Positions 1-9,211 of a DNA stretch of 64,000 nt are shown here, piece by piece. The notes under the pieces were generated by a model. The model was given only the letters and a program-made list of their open reading frames with translations. It was not told the origin of the DNA and did not search any database. The stretch lies in assembly GCA_903822435.1 (NCBI GenBank), contig CAIJPE010000074.1, positions 2,510 to 66,509 of the forward strand, read 5' to 3'. Position 1 is the first letter of the stretch. Each line of letters begins with the position of its first letter. This DNA comes from an uncultured beta proteobacterium. Lineage in GTDB: Bacteria; Pseudomonadota; Gammaproteobacteria; Burkholderiales; Burkholderiaceae_C. The position numbers and the translations under genes were made by a program.

Positions 1-2194
1 ACTCGACGACGCGGACCGAGCCGTCCCTGCACCGCAGCCGCAGGCGTCGCGCGGCACGGCGCCTGCGCACGAATTCGCGGAACAAGGCCATCGGCTCGAT
101 CCGTCGTGCGCGCGCTGCATCGGGCTCCAGCACGGCGGCCACGCCACGCTGCAGCAGATCGTCGCGGTCGTATCCCAGCAGTTCGCAAGCCGCCGGATTG
201 ACATCGACGAAGCGGGCTTCGTCGTCGATCAGGAAGATGCCATTCTGGGCGCTGTCGAACAGGGCCTGCAGGCGAACACGGGCCTGCTCGGCTTCGGTCC
301 GCATGGCCACGATGTCCGAGATGTCCTGCAAACAGCCGCGGTGGGCCACCACGCGGCCTTCGGCATCGCGCTCGAATTCGGCCCAATGGCGCATGTGGGC
401 CCGGGTGCCGTCGTCGCGGACGACCTCGAGCTCCAGCTCGTAGCCCTGTCCGGTGATGCTCACCTGTTCCACGGCGGCTTGCAGGCGCGCCCAGCTCTCG
501 GGTGTGAAGGCCCGCTGGCGTTCGGCATGGCGGCGCGGGCCCTGCGCCGGGTCTCTGCGCAGCAGGCGGTAGAGCTCGGCCGACCAGTGCGCGTCGTCGC
601 TGCCGATCTCGCGCCGCCAGGCCCCCACGCGGGCCAGCCGCTGGGTGTCTGCCAGCAACCCGCGCTCCAGTTGCAACTGGGCTTCCAGCCGCTGGCGTCC
701 GGTCACGTCGAGCATGGTGCCCCGCAGGCCGCCGAGCGTGCCGTCGTCCTGCTGGATGCTGGCGAAGTTGGCGTTCAGCCAGCGCACCTCGCCATCCGGG
801 CGAACGATGCGGAAGTCGGCACTGCCGCGCAGGCGTTCGCCCTGGCTGGCCCGCTGCAACCAGGCACCCATGCGCTCCCTGTCCCCCGGATGCACCGCCT
901 CCAACCAGCGCTGCGCCGGCACCCGCGCCGAATCGCCCGCCCAGCCGTAAGCCTGGAGCATGCGGCCGTCGATGTTGAAGTGGCCCCCGCCGGCACTCAG
1001 CTCCCACAGCGACAGGCCGGTCAGCTCCAATGCCAGCGCGCGAGATTCGCTGAGTTGCTGCTCCCGCTCACGGGCCAGCGTGGCTTCGGTGATGTCCACC
1101 GCCGCGGCGATGTACTCCAGCGGCTTGCCGCCCGCGCCGCCGAACGCGCTGCGGCGCACCAGGATGTACACCAGGCGGCCATCGGGGTGCAGGATGCGGC
1201 TGCGGCTCTCGTTGTGGCGCACCGCACCCGAACGCAAGGCCAGCCAATCGTCACGGACCTTGGCGCGGTCGTCGGGGTGCACGCGCTCGAGCATCTGCTC
1301 GAAGGTGGGGGACGGGCCCGGCGGGAAGCCGTACAGCCGCAGGCAGGCGGTGTTGAACTGACGCTGGCCGGTGGCGGCCACTTCGGTCATCAGGCCGATC
1401 TGCCCGAGCTCGGCGGCCAGCAGGAGCTGCGAATGCTCGCGCTCGGCCACGTGCTGGCGTTCCACCTGCGCCGTGATGTCGCGGATGGTGCCGCTGGCCA
1501 CGCGCGTGCCGTTGGGGCCCGCCAGCAGCGTCCAGTCCGACTGAAGCCAGCGTATGCCGCCATCGCGCAGCCGGATGCGGTAGGCGGTGTGGCTGTAGCC
1601 CCGCGGATACCCGGCCATCCACTGATCCAGGATGCGGCCGGAATCCTCGGGCAGGATGGCCCGCAGCAGGCCCTCGCGGCCGAGCGGCCCCATGGACACA
1701 GGGCGGTCGTACAGGGCGAACATGCGCTCGTCCCAGTGGACCTCGTCGGTGTCGATGTTGCGTTCGAAGAAACCCACGTTCGGGTCGCCCACGCTGGCGT
1801 CGTGCCAGCGCTGCAGGATGCGCTGCCTTTGGCTGAGCGGCAGCACGGAACCCATGTCCAGCTGCGTGAAGACGAACCCGACCAGTTCGCCGAGGTGGCC
1901 GAACTGGGGCTCGATGTCCAGGCATACCGAGCACGCCGAGCCGTCCTTGCGGTAGTTGATCAGCTCCACGGCCCGACAGGCCTGCCGTTCGCGGATGGAT
2001 TGGGCCATGCACGCGACGGCCCCGGGGTCGCTGTCGGGGCCCTGCAGCACCTCGCCCGGCGCGCGGCCGAACATGTCGGCAAGGGTGTAGCCCATGCGAC
2101 TGGTAAAGGCCGCGTTGACCCAGGTGACGAGCCCTTCGGGGTCGGTGTGCACCAGCATCAATTCGCTGGCCAGTGAAAGCCGGGTGTGGGGCAT
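1..2194 (-). CDS. Multi-PAS-domain sensory protein. This is the N-terminal part (at least 731 aa); the C-terminal output domain lies beyond the left edge.
   Basis: My own translation of the minus strand from the ATG at 2192-2194 reads MPHTRLSLASELMLVHTDPEGLVTWVNAAFTSRMGYTLADMFGRAPGEVLQGPDSDP. Further PAS-like units follow (FRIVRPDGEVRWLNANFASI; YELELEVVRDDGTRAHMRHWAEF; NGIFLIDDEARFVDVNPAACELLGY). The segments I translated are open in one frame down to position 1. It is absent from the ORF track because no stop lies inside the window. Confidence 0.8.
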   Translation of the reverse strand, partial: MPHTRLSLASELMLVHTDPEGLVTWVNAAFTSRMGYTLADMFGRAPGEVLQGPDSDPGAVACMAQSIRERQACRAVELINYRKDGSACSVCLDIEPQFGHLGELVGFVFTQLDMGSVLPLSQRQRILQRWHDASVGDPNVGFFERNIDTDEVHWDERMFALYDRPVSMGPLGREGLLRAILPEDSGRILDQWMAGYPRGYSHTAYRIRLRDGGIRWLQSDWTLLAGPNGTRVASGTIRDITAQVERQHVAEREHSQLLLAAELGQIGLMTEVAATGQRQFNTACLRLYGFPPGPSPTFEQMLERVHPDDRAKVRDDWLALRSGAVRHNESRSRILHPDGRLVYILVRRSAFGGAGGKPLEYIAAAVDITEATLAREREQQLSESRALALELTGLSLWELSAGGGHFNIDGRMLQAYGWAGDSARVPAQRWLEAVHPGDRERMGAWLQRASQGERLRGSADFRIVRPDGEVRWLNANFASIQQDDGTLGGLRGTMLDVTGRQRLEAQLQLERGLLADTQRLARVGAWRREIGSDDAHWSAELYRLLRRDPAQGPRRHAERQRAFTPESWARLQAAVEQVSITGQGYELELEVVRDDGTRAHMRHWAEFERDAEGRVVAHRGCLQDISDIVAMRTEAEQARVRLQALFDSAQNGIFLIDDEARFVDVNPAACELLGYDRDDLLQRGVAAVLEPDAARARRIEPMALFREFVRRRRAARRLRLRCRDGSVRVVE

Positions 2195-2304
2195 CGGTCG
2201 CTCAGGGCAAGCCTGCATTTTGCATGCTGCAATGGGCCCGGCAATCGATTTCGGCGCCATCGGTCGAGCCGCGGCCCGAGCGCTTGCGCGGCCTCGGCCG
2301 GGCC

Positions 2305-3066
2305 TCAGAGCGACCAGGACAACGAGCCGACCCAGCGCCCGCCGGCACGGGGCGCGGCAACGGTGCCGCGCGCCTCCGCCGAGCTGTCGATGCGCACCAG
2401 GCTGGCCTGGGCCGCACCGATGCCCCAGCTCAGCCCGGCGCTGCCATAGGCATAGCTGCGGCCCTGGATAGCCTGCAGGTTGCTGTAGCCAGCGCCCAGG
2501 TCCAGCACCAGCCGCCCGGCCAGCCGCTGGTGGGCCCCGAGTTCGAAGGTCACTGCCCGGCCGTTGGTGATCGCGCCGCCTGCGGCGTAGCCGGTGGTGT
2601 CGGGCGCCACGCTGAGCGTGGCCTGCAGGCGGCCCTGCCAACCCAGCGCGGCAGAGAACTCGCGGTAGGACCGCAGTCGGACGCCGGGGTCGCCGGTGTA
2701 GCGATACACGCCCGCGCCGGCCTGCAGCACCCAATCGGGATCGAGCTGCCAGACCTGGCTCAGGCCGAAGGTCCATTCGTCCTTGCCGCCCTGCAGCCGA
2801 TAGACCGGGCTTGCCCAGCCGACCGCCACAGCCCAGCCCGTGTCGGCACGGCGGTAGGCATCCAGCATCAGCACCGCTTCGCCATCGGTCTGGCTGATGC
2901 CACGCAGCACCTTGTCGCTGGCGGCGGCCATCGAGCCGTGCCAGGTCTCGGCCCGCGCCGGTTGTCCCACGGCCGACCAGCCGGCCAGGACGACCGCCAC
3001 GGCGGCGGCCCGCCGGCCTCGGCACTGCCTCCCTGCCCAGGGCGCTTCGCTTGACATCGCTTCCAT
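2305..3066 (-). CDS. Putative outer-membrane beta-barrel protein of a proteobacterial conserved hypothetical family
   Basis: Part of ORF 2305..3150. An internal Met (MEAMSS) is followed by a signal peptide (RRAAAVAVVLAGWSAVGQPARA). The rest shows an alternating aromatic/Gly beta-strand pattern (YRYTGDPGVRLRSYREFSAALGWQG, GAGYSNLQ, YAYGSAGLSWG). The start could instead be at 3057. Confidence 0.6.
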   Translation of the reverse strand: MEAMSSEAPWAGRQCRGRRAAAVAVVLAGWSAVGQPARAETWHGSMAAASDKVLRGISQTDGEAVLMLDAYRRADTGWAVAVGWASPVYRLQGGKDEWTFGLSQVWQLDPDWVLQAGAGVYRYTGDPGVRLRSYREFSAALGWQGRLQATLSVAPDTTGYAAGGAITNGRAVTFELGAHQRLAGRLVLDLGAGYSNLQAIQGRSYAYGSAGLSWGIGAAQASLVRIDSSAEARGTVAAPRAGGRWVGSLSWSL

Positions 3067-3100
3067 GCAACCATGATGGACGAATCCGGCACACACGGCG

Positions 3101-3718
3101 ATGACTTCCGCAACCGACACCCCCCGGGACAGCATTGGCGACCCCGCCAACGGGGCGGACCTCGCCTGCCTGGGCCGGGTCGCGGGGGGCGACCGATCCG
3201 CCTTCGAGCAGTTGTACCGCCGCTACCACCCCCGGCTGTCGCGGTTCCTGCGGCGCTTCACGGCGCGCAGCGACCTGGCCGACGAGGTCATCAACGACAC
3301 GATGTGGATCGTCTGGCGCAAGTCGGCCGAGTTCCGCGGCGAATCCAAGGTCAGCACCTGGATCACCGGCATTGCCTACCGTTGCATGCTCAAGGCGCTG
3401 CGCGGCACGGCACCGGCGGAAGAGCTGGGCGAGTCGCTGCTCGACGCCCCGCAACTCGAGCAATGGGCCGGCGCCCAGCACGATGCGGCGCCCGACCGCG
3501 AACTGCGCAACTGGGTAGCCTGCGGCCTGCGCACGCTGCCCGAGGACCAGCGCGTGACGCTGGAGCTGGCGTACCTGCTGGGGTATTCCTGCGAGGAGAT
3601 CGCCAGCGTGATGGACTGTGCGGTGGGCACCGTGAAGGCGCGGATGTTCCACGCCCGCGTGCGCCTGCGCAGCGTGATGCCGGCGCTGGGCGAAAGCCAG
3701 CGGTCGGCCGAAGGATGA
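3101..3718 (+). CDS. ECF-type RNA polymerase sigma-70 factor
   Basis: 205 aa. Region 2 (FEQLYRRYHPRLSRFLRRF, DEVINDTMWIVWRK) and region 4 HTH (LPEDQRVTLELAYLLGYSCEEIASVMDCAVGTVKARMFHAR) are present. Confidence 0.92.
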   Translation: MTSATDTPRDSIGDPANGADLACLGRVAGGDRSAFEQLYRRYHPRLSRFLRRFTARSDLADEVINDTMWIVWRKSAEFRGESKVSTWITGIAYRCMLKALRGTAPAEELGESLLDAPQLEQWAGAQHDAAPDRELRNWVACGLRTLPEDQRVTLELAYLLGYSCEEIASVMDCAVGTVKARMFHARVRLRSVMPALGESQRSAEG

Positions 3719-4398
3719 TGGCCATGAACGACAACCCCCAAGCGCCGCACCGTCAGGCCTGGGACCTGATCCCCTGGGTGGTGGGCGGCAGCGCCAGCCC
3801 TGCCGAACAGCAACTGGTGGCCGAACACGCCGCCGGCTGTCCGGATTGCCGGGAAGAACTCGCCTTCCACACCGACCTGCGGGCCGGGCTGTCTGCCGGC
3901 ACGCCGGCCCCTCATGACCTGGAGCCCGCCTGGCAGCGCATGCAGGCGCGCATCGAGCCGGGGGCCCTGGCCGCATCGGCTCGGCCGCCCGTCGGCCCGG
4001 CCGACATCCGCACCCAGGCACCCTGGAACGCTCGCCTGATGCGCATGCTGGTGGCCGCCGTGGTGGTGCAGGCCGTGGGGCTGACCGTGCTGGGCGGGGC
4101 CCTGTGGCAACGCACGCGCAGCGCCGACTACCAGACCCTGAGCCAGGTCAGCGCCATGCCTGCGGTGGCCACCATCCGGCTGGTGCCGGCCGGCTCGCTG
4201 CCGCATGCGCAACTGCAGGCCTTGCTGGTGCGCACGGGGACCCGCGTGGCCGAGATCAGCGCCGACGGGGGGATCCTCGGCCTGGTCCTCGACCCCACGT
4301 CGGGCCGCACGGCCGAGCAGGCCCTGCAGCAGCTGCGCGCCGATCCGGGTGTGCGGCTGGCCGAGCCGATGCCCGATACGCCCGCGGCGCGGCCGTGA
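3715..4398 (+). CDS. zf-HC2 anti-sigma factor. It has a single TM helix and a periplasmic domain resembling a subtilase propeptide (I9-like).
   Basis: The ATG at 3715 overlaps the sigma-factor stop (ATGA). The H-x3-C-x2-C motif is HAAGCPDC. The TM helix is MRMLVAAVVVQAVGLTVLGGALW. The C-terminal region reads IRLVPAGSLPHAQLQALLVRTGTRVAEISADGGILGLVLD...QALQQLRADPGVRLAEP. Confidence 0.85.
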   Translation: MMAMNDNPQAPHRQAWDLIPWVVGGSASPAEQQLVAEHAAGCPDCREELAFHTDLRAGLSAGTPAPHDLEPAWQRMQARIEPGALAASARPPVGPADIRTQAPWNARLMRMLVAAVVVQAVGLTVLGGALWQRTRSADYQTLSQVSAMPAVATIRLVPAGSLPHAQLQALLVRTGTRVAEISADGGILGLVLDPTSGRTAEQALQQLRADPGVRLAEPMPDTPAARP

Positions 4399-5786
4399 TG
4401 GCACTCGCTGCACGTGTGCGCCGGGCCAGCGGGCTGGCCCTGGCCGCGGGCCTGGTTGCAGGCTTGGCCGCCTGCGCGGCGCTGCCCGCCGCCCGACAGG
4501 TTCGCGACACGCTGCCGGCCCCGGGTGCCTACACGCCCGACCGGATGATCGTGGTGGCCGTGGACGATCCGCCCGAGGCACTGCCCCGCCCCGGCAGCAC
4601 CCCCAGGGCCCGCTACACGGGGTTGGCCGGCTACGCAGGCGGCAGCATGGGCGCCGCCGCTTCGGCCGAGCTGGCCGGCGAGAACGCCTTGCAGGAGCAG
4701 GCCTCGTGGAGCATTGCGTCCTTGCAGTGGCGCTGCATGCTCTTCCGCCTCGCGCCGGGTGCCGACAAGGCGGCCGTCATGGGCCGCCTGGCGCACGATC
4801 CGCGCGTGCGGCTGGTGCAGAACCTCAACGAATTCGAAACCCTGGCCTTGCCCGCCGAGCCCGCCACGCGTCCGCCGCGGACGGAGACCCCGCCCGACCG
4901 CCTGGCCGGCCGTGCTGAAGACCGCTACGACGACCCCTACCTCGACCTGCAGCGCGGCTTCACCGCCATCCAGGCACGCCAGGCGCAGCGCTGGTCGCGC
5001 GGCGACGGGGTGCGCGTGGCCCTCGTGGATACCGGCGTGGACGCCCGCCACCCCGACCTGGAGGGGCGGTTGGCCGAGCAGCGCGACTTCGTGGGTTCCG
5101 ACAACCCGGCCGCCGCGGGCGGCGAGCGCCACGGTACCGAGATGGCGGGCGTGATCGCCGCCACGGCCAACAATCGCATCGGCATCGTCGGCGTGGCGCC
5201 CCGTGCAAGACTGCTGGCCTACCGGGCATGCTGGCCCGTGGCCGGCGGCGCGTCGCGCTGCAACTCGTACACGCTGGCGCAAGCCCTGGCAGCGGCCATC
5301 GAGGCCGGCGCCGCCATCATCAACCTGAGCCTGGGCGGACCGGCCGACGCGTTGCTGCAGAAACTGGTCGAGCAGGCCATGCGCAACGGCGCCATCGTGG
5401 TGGGCGCCGTCCCCCCGGGCGGGGCCATGACGGGATTTCCGGTGGGCGTGCAAGGCGTGCTGGCGGTGTCGTCTTCCGACGAGCCGCAGGCCAGCGCCAC
5501 CGCCTTGGCTGCGCCGGGACGGGACATCCTCACCCTGACCCCCGGCGGGCACTACGGCTACGCCAGCGGGAGCTCGCTGGCGGCGGCCCATGTCACCGGC
5601 GCCGTGGCCTTGCTGAAGTCGCTGGACCCCGGCCTGCGGTCCGGCCCGGCCCAGGCCTGGCTCAGGCCCGCGGCCGGCCGCAACGGCGGCGCCATCGACC
5701 TGTGCGGCGCCGTCCAGCGCCTGAGGCCGCTGGCCGACTGTTCGTCTTCGGGCCTCGGCGCCCGGGCCGCCGCTGCACCTCCGTGA
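4398..5786 (+). CDS. S8 family (subtilisin-like) serine peptidase, predicted lipoprotein
   Basis: The ATG at 4398 overlaps the anti-sigma stop (ATGA). Lipobox is LAACA. The catalytic triad contexts are VALVDTGVD, HGTEMAGVIAA and GSSLAAAHVTGAVALL. The N-terminal pro-region ends in LAHDPRVRLVQNLNEFETLA. Confidence 0.9.
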   Translation: MALAARVRRASGLALAAGLVAGLAACAALPAARQVRDTLPAPGAYTPDRMIVVAVDDPPEALPRPGSTPRARYTGLAGYAGGSMGAAASAELAGENALQEQASWSIASLQWRCMLFRLAPGADKAAVMGRLAHDPRVRLVQNLNEFETLALPAEPATRPPRTETPPDRLAGRAEDRYDDPYLDLQRGFTAIQARQAQRWSRGDGVRVALVDTGVDARHPDLEGRLAEQRDFVGSDNPAAAGGERHGTEMAGVIAATANNRIGIVGVAPRARLLAYRACWPVAGGASRCNSYTLAQALAAAIEAGAAIINLSLGGPADALLQKLVEQAMRNGAIVVGAVPPGGAMTGFPVGVQGVLAVSSSDEPQASATALAAPGRDILTLTPGGHYGYASGSSLAAAHVTGAVALLKSLDPGLRSGPAQAWLRPAAGRNGGAIDLCGAVQRLRPLADCSSSGLGARAAAAPP

Positions 5787-5848
5787 TGCGGGACCGGGCC
5801 TGGGCCCGCCGAGCAACGAAAAGAGCCCGCGGCGGCACTCACCACGAG

Positions 5849-5867
5849 CCCGTGCACGCCGCACGGG
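5849..5867 (+). other. Intercistronic stem-loop between the protease gene and the PEP-CTERM gene
   Basis: CCCGTGC-acgcc-GCACGGG: a perfect 7-bp stem with a 5-nt loop and no U-tract. Possibly an attenuator or processing site. Confidence 0.25.
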
Positions 5868-5890
5868 ACACCCACCCCAGGAGTGAACCC

Positions 5891-6550
5891 ATGACCCGCC
5901 AACTCACCACCCGGCTGCTCTGCACCGCCGCGCTGGCTGCCAGCCCACTGGCCAGCCACGCCCTCAGCAGCATCACCGACCCCATCGGAGACCTGCTGCC
6001 CACCTTCGGCGGCACGGCCGCGCAGACCGACCTGGACGTGGTCAGCGCCACGGTGCTCTACGACGCCACCGCCGACCTGTTCAAGCTGACCGGCACCATG
6101 GCCGGATCGCTGGGGTACACGACCAACGCGCTGTACGTCTGGGGCGTGAACCGCGGCGCCGGCACCGCCGGGTTTGCGGCCAACGGCATCGACGGCGTCC
6201 GCTTCGACCGGGTCATCCTGCTGCGTCCTGACGGCACGGGCGCCATCGGCGCCACCGCCCTGCCCGCCGGTGCCGTGACCATCAGCGGCAACACGATTTC
6301 AGCGGTGATCAGCGGGGCCCTGCTGCCCAGCACCGGCTTCGGCAAGCTCGACTACACCTGGAACCTGTGGCCGCGCGACACGACCTTTGCAGGCTTTGCG
6401 GCGATTGCCGATTTCGCGCCCGACAACAGCAACTTCACCGGCACGCCCGGTGTGGTGCCCGAGCCGGCATCGCTCGCGCTGCTGGGCGCCGGGTTGGGTG
6501 TGGTGGCATGGCGGGCCGCGCGCCGCACGGCCCAGGCACGCCAGTCCTGA
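5891..6550 (+). CDS. PEP-CTERM sorting-domain secreted protein
   Basis: AGGAG lies upstream of the ATG at 5891. Signal peptide is LLCTAALAASPLASHA. The C-terminus VPEPASLALLGAGLGVVAWRAARR is a canonical PEP-CTERM anchor (PEP, TM helix, Arg cluster). Confidence 0.9.
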   Translation: MTRQLTTRLLCTAALAASPLASHALSSITDPIGDLLPTFGGTAAQTDLDVVSATVLYDATADLFKLTGTMAGSLGYTTNALYVWGVNRGAGTAGFAANGIDGVRFDRVILLRPDGTGAIGATALPAGAVTISGNTISAVISGALLPSTGFGKLDYTWNLWPRDTTFAGFAAIADFAPDNSNFTGTPGVVPEPASLALLGAGLGVVAWRAARRTAQARQS

Positions 6551-6563
6551 ACCGCGCCACGGC

Positions 6564-7469
6564 TCAGGCCGCGGCCGGACCCAGCACCTCGGCCGCGGGG
6601 CGCCGGAGCAGGTCCTTCACCAGCGGCGGCTCGAAGTGCCGCGGGACCGTGATGGCATAGAAGTTCTCGTGCAGGCGCGGCACCACGGCGTATTCCGCCA
6701 GGGTGCCGTTGCGCAGTTCATCCTGAACCACCACGGTGGGCAGCAAGGCCACGCTGTCGGAATCGCGGGCCAGCAGGCGCAGCAGCGCCATGTCGTCCAC
6801 CTCGGCCCGCAGGCGGTAGCGGATGCCCAGCTGCTGGCAGAGCTGGTCGAAGCCGGTGCGGATGTCGCTGTCGCGGCCAGGCAGCAGCAGCGCCACCTCG
6901 GCCAGGTCATCCGGATAGCGAAAGGGCTTGCGTCGGCCCCGCGGACGGCCCACCAGGCTCACCGGCTGGCGGGCGATGAGCCTGCAGCGCCAGGGCTCGT
7001 CGGCCGAGCGCTGCACCAGGCGGTTGGACAGGATCAGGTCGAGCGCATGCACGCGCAGCCGGGCCAGCAGCTCTTGCAGGTTGCCGGCGTGCAGGGCCAG
7101 TTCCACGTCCGAGCGCGTCAGCAGCGGGCGCAGGAAGTTCTCCTGGAAGTTGCGCGACAGGGTGGCCACCGCGCCAATGCGCAGCACCGAGCGCGCCTGC
7201 TGCCGCCCCTCGCGCATCAGTGTCTGCAGTTCTTCACCCGAGGCGAAGATGGATTCGGCATAGCTCAAGGCGAGATGACCGGCCTCGGTCAGCTGCAGGC
7301 CGCGCCCCGCCCGGGCGAACAAGGCCTGACCCAGCTCTTCTTCCAGCTGCCTGATCTGCGTGGACAAGGCCGATTGCGACACGTGCAGGCTGCCGGCGGC
7401 CCGCGTGAGGTTGCCCTCCTTGGCCACGGCCCAGAAGTAGTGCAGGTGGTGGAAGTTCAATCGGCGCAT
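6564..7469 (-). CDS. LysR-family transcriptional regulator (NhaR-like), divergent from dabBA
   Basis: From the internal Met, MRRLNFHHLHYFWAVAKEGNLTRAAGSLHVSQSALSTQIRQLEEELG is a LysR wHTH. A substrate-binding domain follows. Confidence 0.9.
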   Translation of the reverse strand: MRRLNFHHLHYFWAVAKEGNLTRAAGSLHVSQSALSTQIRQLEEELGQALFARAGRGLQLTEAGHLALSYAESIFASGEELQTLMREGRQQARSVLRIGAVATLSRNFQENFLRPLLTRSDVELALHAGNLQELLARLRVHALDLILSNRLVQRSADEPWRCRLIARQPVSLVGRPRGRRKPFRYPDDLAEVALLLPGRDSDIRTGFDQLCQQLGIRYRLRAEVDDMALLRLLARDSDSVALLPTVVVQDELRNGTLAEYAVVPRLHENFYAITVPRHFEPPLVKDLLRRPAAEVLGPAAA

Positions 7470-7498
7470 GGTGGGTCGGGCTTGGGCACGGTGGCCAT

Positions 7499-7533
7499 TT
7501 GTTCTGTTTTTGAGCATTAAAAGAGCTGAACAA
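7499..7533. promoter_or_regulatory. Candidate LysR operator in the AT-rich divergent promoter region
   Basis: TTGTTC (7499-7504) and GAACAA (7528-7533) form an inverted repeat. A nested GCATT-N13-AATGC lies inside the only AT-rich stretch between the regulator and dabB. Confidence 0.35.
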
Positions 7534-7594
7534 TGCATTTTACGTGGGCCACGGTCGTCGGCATAGTGCGGGCACTCCAGCCGATCGCCCGCCC

Positions 7595-9211
7595 ATGCAC
7601 ACTGCCCCGCTGCCTGAACTCGCCCTGCTGCACGCCCTGTGCCTGTGGGCGGCGCCCATCCTGGCCGGCGTGGCCGCCTGGGCCTGCGGCCTTGCCGCCA
7701 CGCCGGAGCGGGCCTGGCGCCTGGCGCAGGGCGCTGCGGCGGCCTGGCTGGGCCTTGCAGCGGCCGGCGCGCTGGCCCTGGCGAAGGATGGCGGGGGTGC
7801 GGGCTGGGGCGTGCGGGCCGACGTGGCCGGCGCGGCGGTGCTCCTGCTGGTGGGGTTCGTCGGCTGGGTCATCCTGCGCTTTGCCCAGACCTACCTGGCC
7901 GGCGAGGCGCGGCAGGTGCACGGCGCGCGCTGGCTCCTGGCCACACTGTGCGGCGTGGGCATGGTCATCGTCGGCAACCACCTGCTGGTGATGGCCCTGG
8001 CCTGGCTGGCCACCAGCGCCGCGCTGCAGCGGCTGCTGATGTTCTACGACCACAGGCCCGCGGCGCGTCTGGCCGCGCACAAGAAGCGCGTGGCCAGCCG
8101 GATGGCCGACCTGTTCGTCTTCACGGCGGTGACCATCATCGGGTCCTCCACGGGCACCTTTGCCATCGATGGCGCCATGCAGGCCGCAGCCACGGCGCCC
8201 GGCCTGGGCTGGCCGCTGCAGGCGGCGGCCCTGCTCATGGCCGCCGCGGCCATCCTCAAGTGCGCGCAATTGCCCTTCCACGGCTGGCTGATCCAGGTGA
8301 TGGAGGCACCCACGCCGGTGTCTGCCCTGCTGCATGCCGGGGTGGTGAACCTGGGCGCGCTGGTGCTCATCCGCCTGTCTCCGCTGGTGGGCGCGGTGCC
8401 CGCCGCACAGGCCCTTCTGCTGGTGGTGGGCAGCACGACCGCCGTGGTGGCAGCACTGGTGATGTCCACCCGGATCAGCGTGAAGGTGATGCTGGCGTGG
8501 TCCACCTGCGCGCAGCTCGGCTTCATGCTCATGCAGTGCGGGCTGGGCGCCTATGGCCTGGCGCTGGTCCACCTGCTGGCCCATTCGCTCTACAAGGCCC
8601 ATGCCTTCCTGGACACGGGCGCCACGGTGCAGCGCTGCAACACCCGGCGGCTGGGGCCCCAGGGCGGCGCCGGCACCGCACGCGGGGCGCTGGCCCGGGC
8701 AGTCCTGGGGATGGTCGCCCTGGGCGCGTTGGCGTGGGCCCTGGGCTCGGGCGCCGACGCACCGGCGGCGTCATGGGTGCTGCTGGCCATTGGCGGAGCC
8801 TCGATGGCGCCCCTGCTGATGGCCGGCACGGTCGCACCCCGCGGGCCCTGGCGGGTGGCCGTGGTCTGCAGCGTGGCTGCAACGGCCATGGCCACCCTGG
8901 CCTGGCACGCTTTGGCCGATGCGGGCAGCCGGCCGGCCCAGGCTCTGAGCCCCGTCTGGCTGGCCTGGGTGGGGATGGCCTTTGCCAGCCTCTTTGCCCT
9001 TCAGGCCGTGCTGGCACGCTGGCCCCACGGCCGCTGGTCTCGCATCCTGTACCCCTGGTTCTACGGAGGCCTGTTCCTGGATGAACAGGTCAGCCGCCTG
9101 GTGTTCAAGCTCTGGCCGCCCGCCGACCCGGTCAGCCCGGTGCAGCCGCCGGCAGCCCCGCACACGGCCCCCTGGATGCCACCCCTGACCACGCCCGAAA
9201 GGCCCCTGTGA
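7595..9211 (+). CDS. dabB: DabB, the NuoL/Mrp-antiporter-like proton-conducting membrane subunit of the DAB inorganic-carbon pump
   Basis: Polytopic membrane protein with NuoL-type motifs (KCAQLPFHGWLIQVMEAPTPVSALLHAGVVNLG, AWSTCAQLGFMLMQCG, LLAHSLYKAHAFL). It lies immediately upstream of, and overlaps, a DUF2309 gene. The start is taken at MHTAPLPEL. Confidence 0.88.
   Translation: MHTAPLPELALLHALCLWAAPILAGVAAWACGLAATPERAWRLAQGAAAAWLGLAAAGALALAKDGGGAGWGVRADVAGAAVLLLVGFVGWVILRFAQTYLAGEARQVHGARWLLATLCGVGMVIVGNHLLVMALAWLATSAALQRLLMFYDHRPAARLAAHKKRVASRMADLFVFTAVTIIGSSTGTFAIDGAMQAAATAPGLGWPLQAAALLMAAAAILKCAQLPFHGWLIQVMEAPTPVSALLHAGVVNLGALVLIRLSPLVGAVPAAQALLLVVGSTTAVVAALVMSTRISVKVMLAWSTCAQLGFMLMQCGLGAYGLALVHLLAHSLYKAHAFLDTGATVQRCNTRRLGPQGGAGTARGALARAVLGMVALGALAWALGSGADAPAASWVLLAIGGASMAPLLMAGTVAPRGPWRVAVVCSVAATAMATLAWHALADAGSRPAQALSPVWLAWVGMAFASLFALQAVLARWPHGRWSRILYPWFYGGLFLDEQVSRLVFKLWPPADPVSPVQPPAAPHTAPWMPPLTTPERPL

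Noticed and set aside
341-2176. 611-aa plus-strand ORF, the longest ORF in the track at the left end
   Set aside because: Its composition is Ala/Gly/Arg/Pro/His-rich and low in complexity, with no recognisable domain. It lies exactly antisense to a minus-strand frame that translates into clean consecutive PAS domains.
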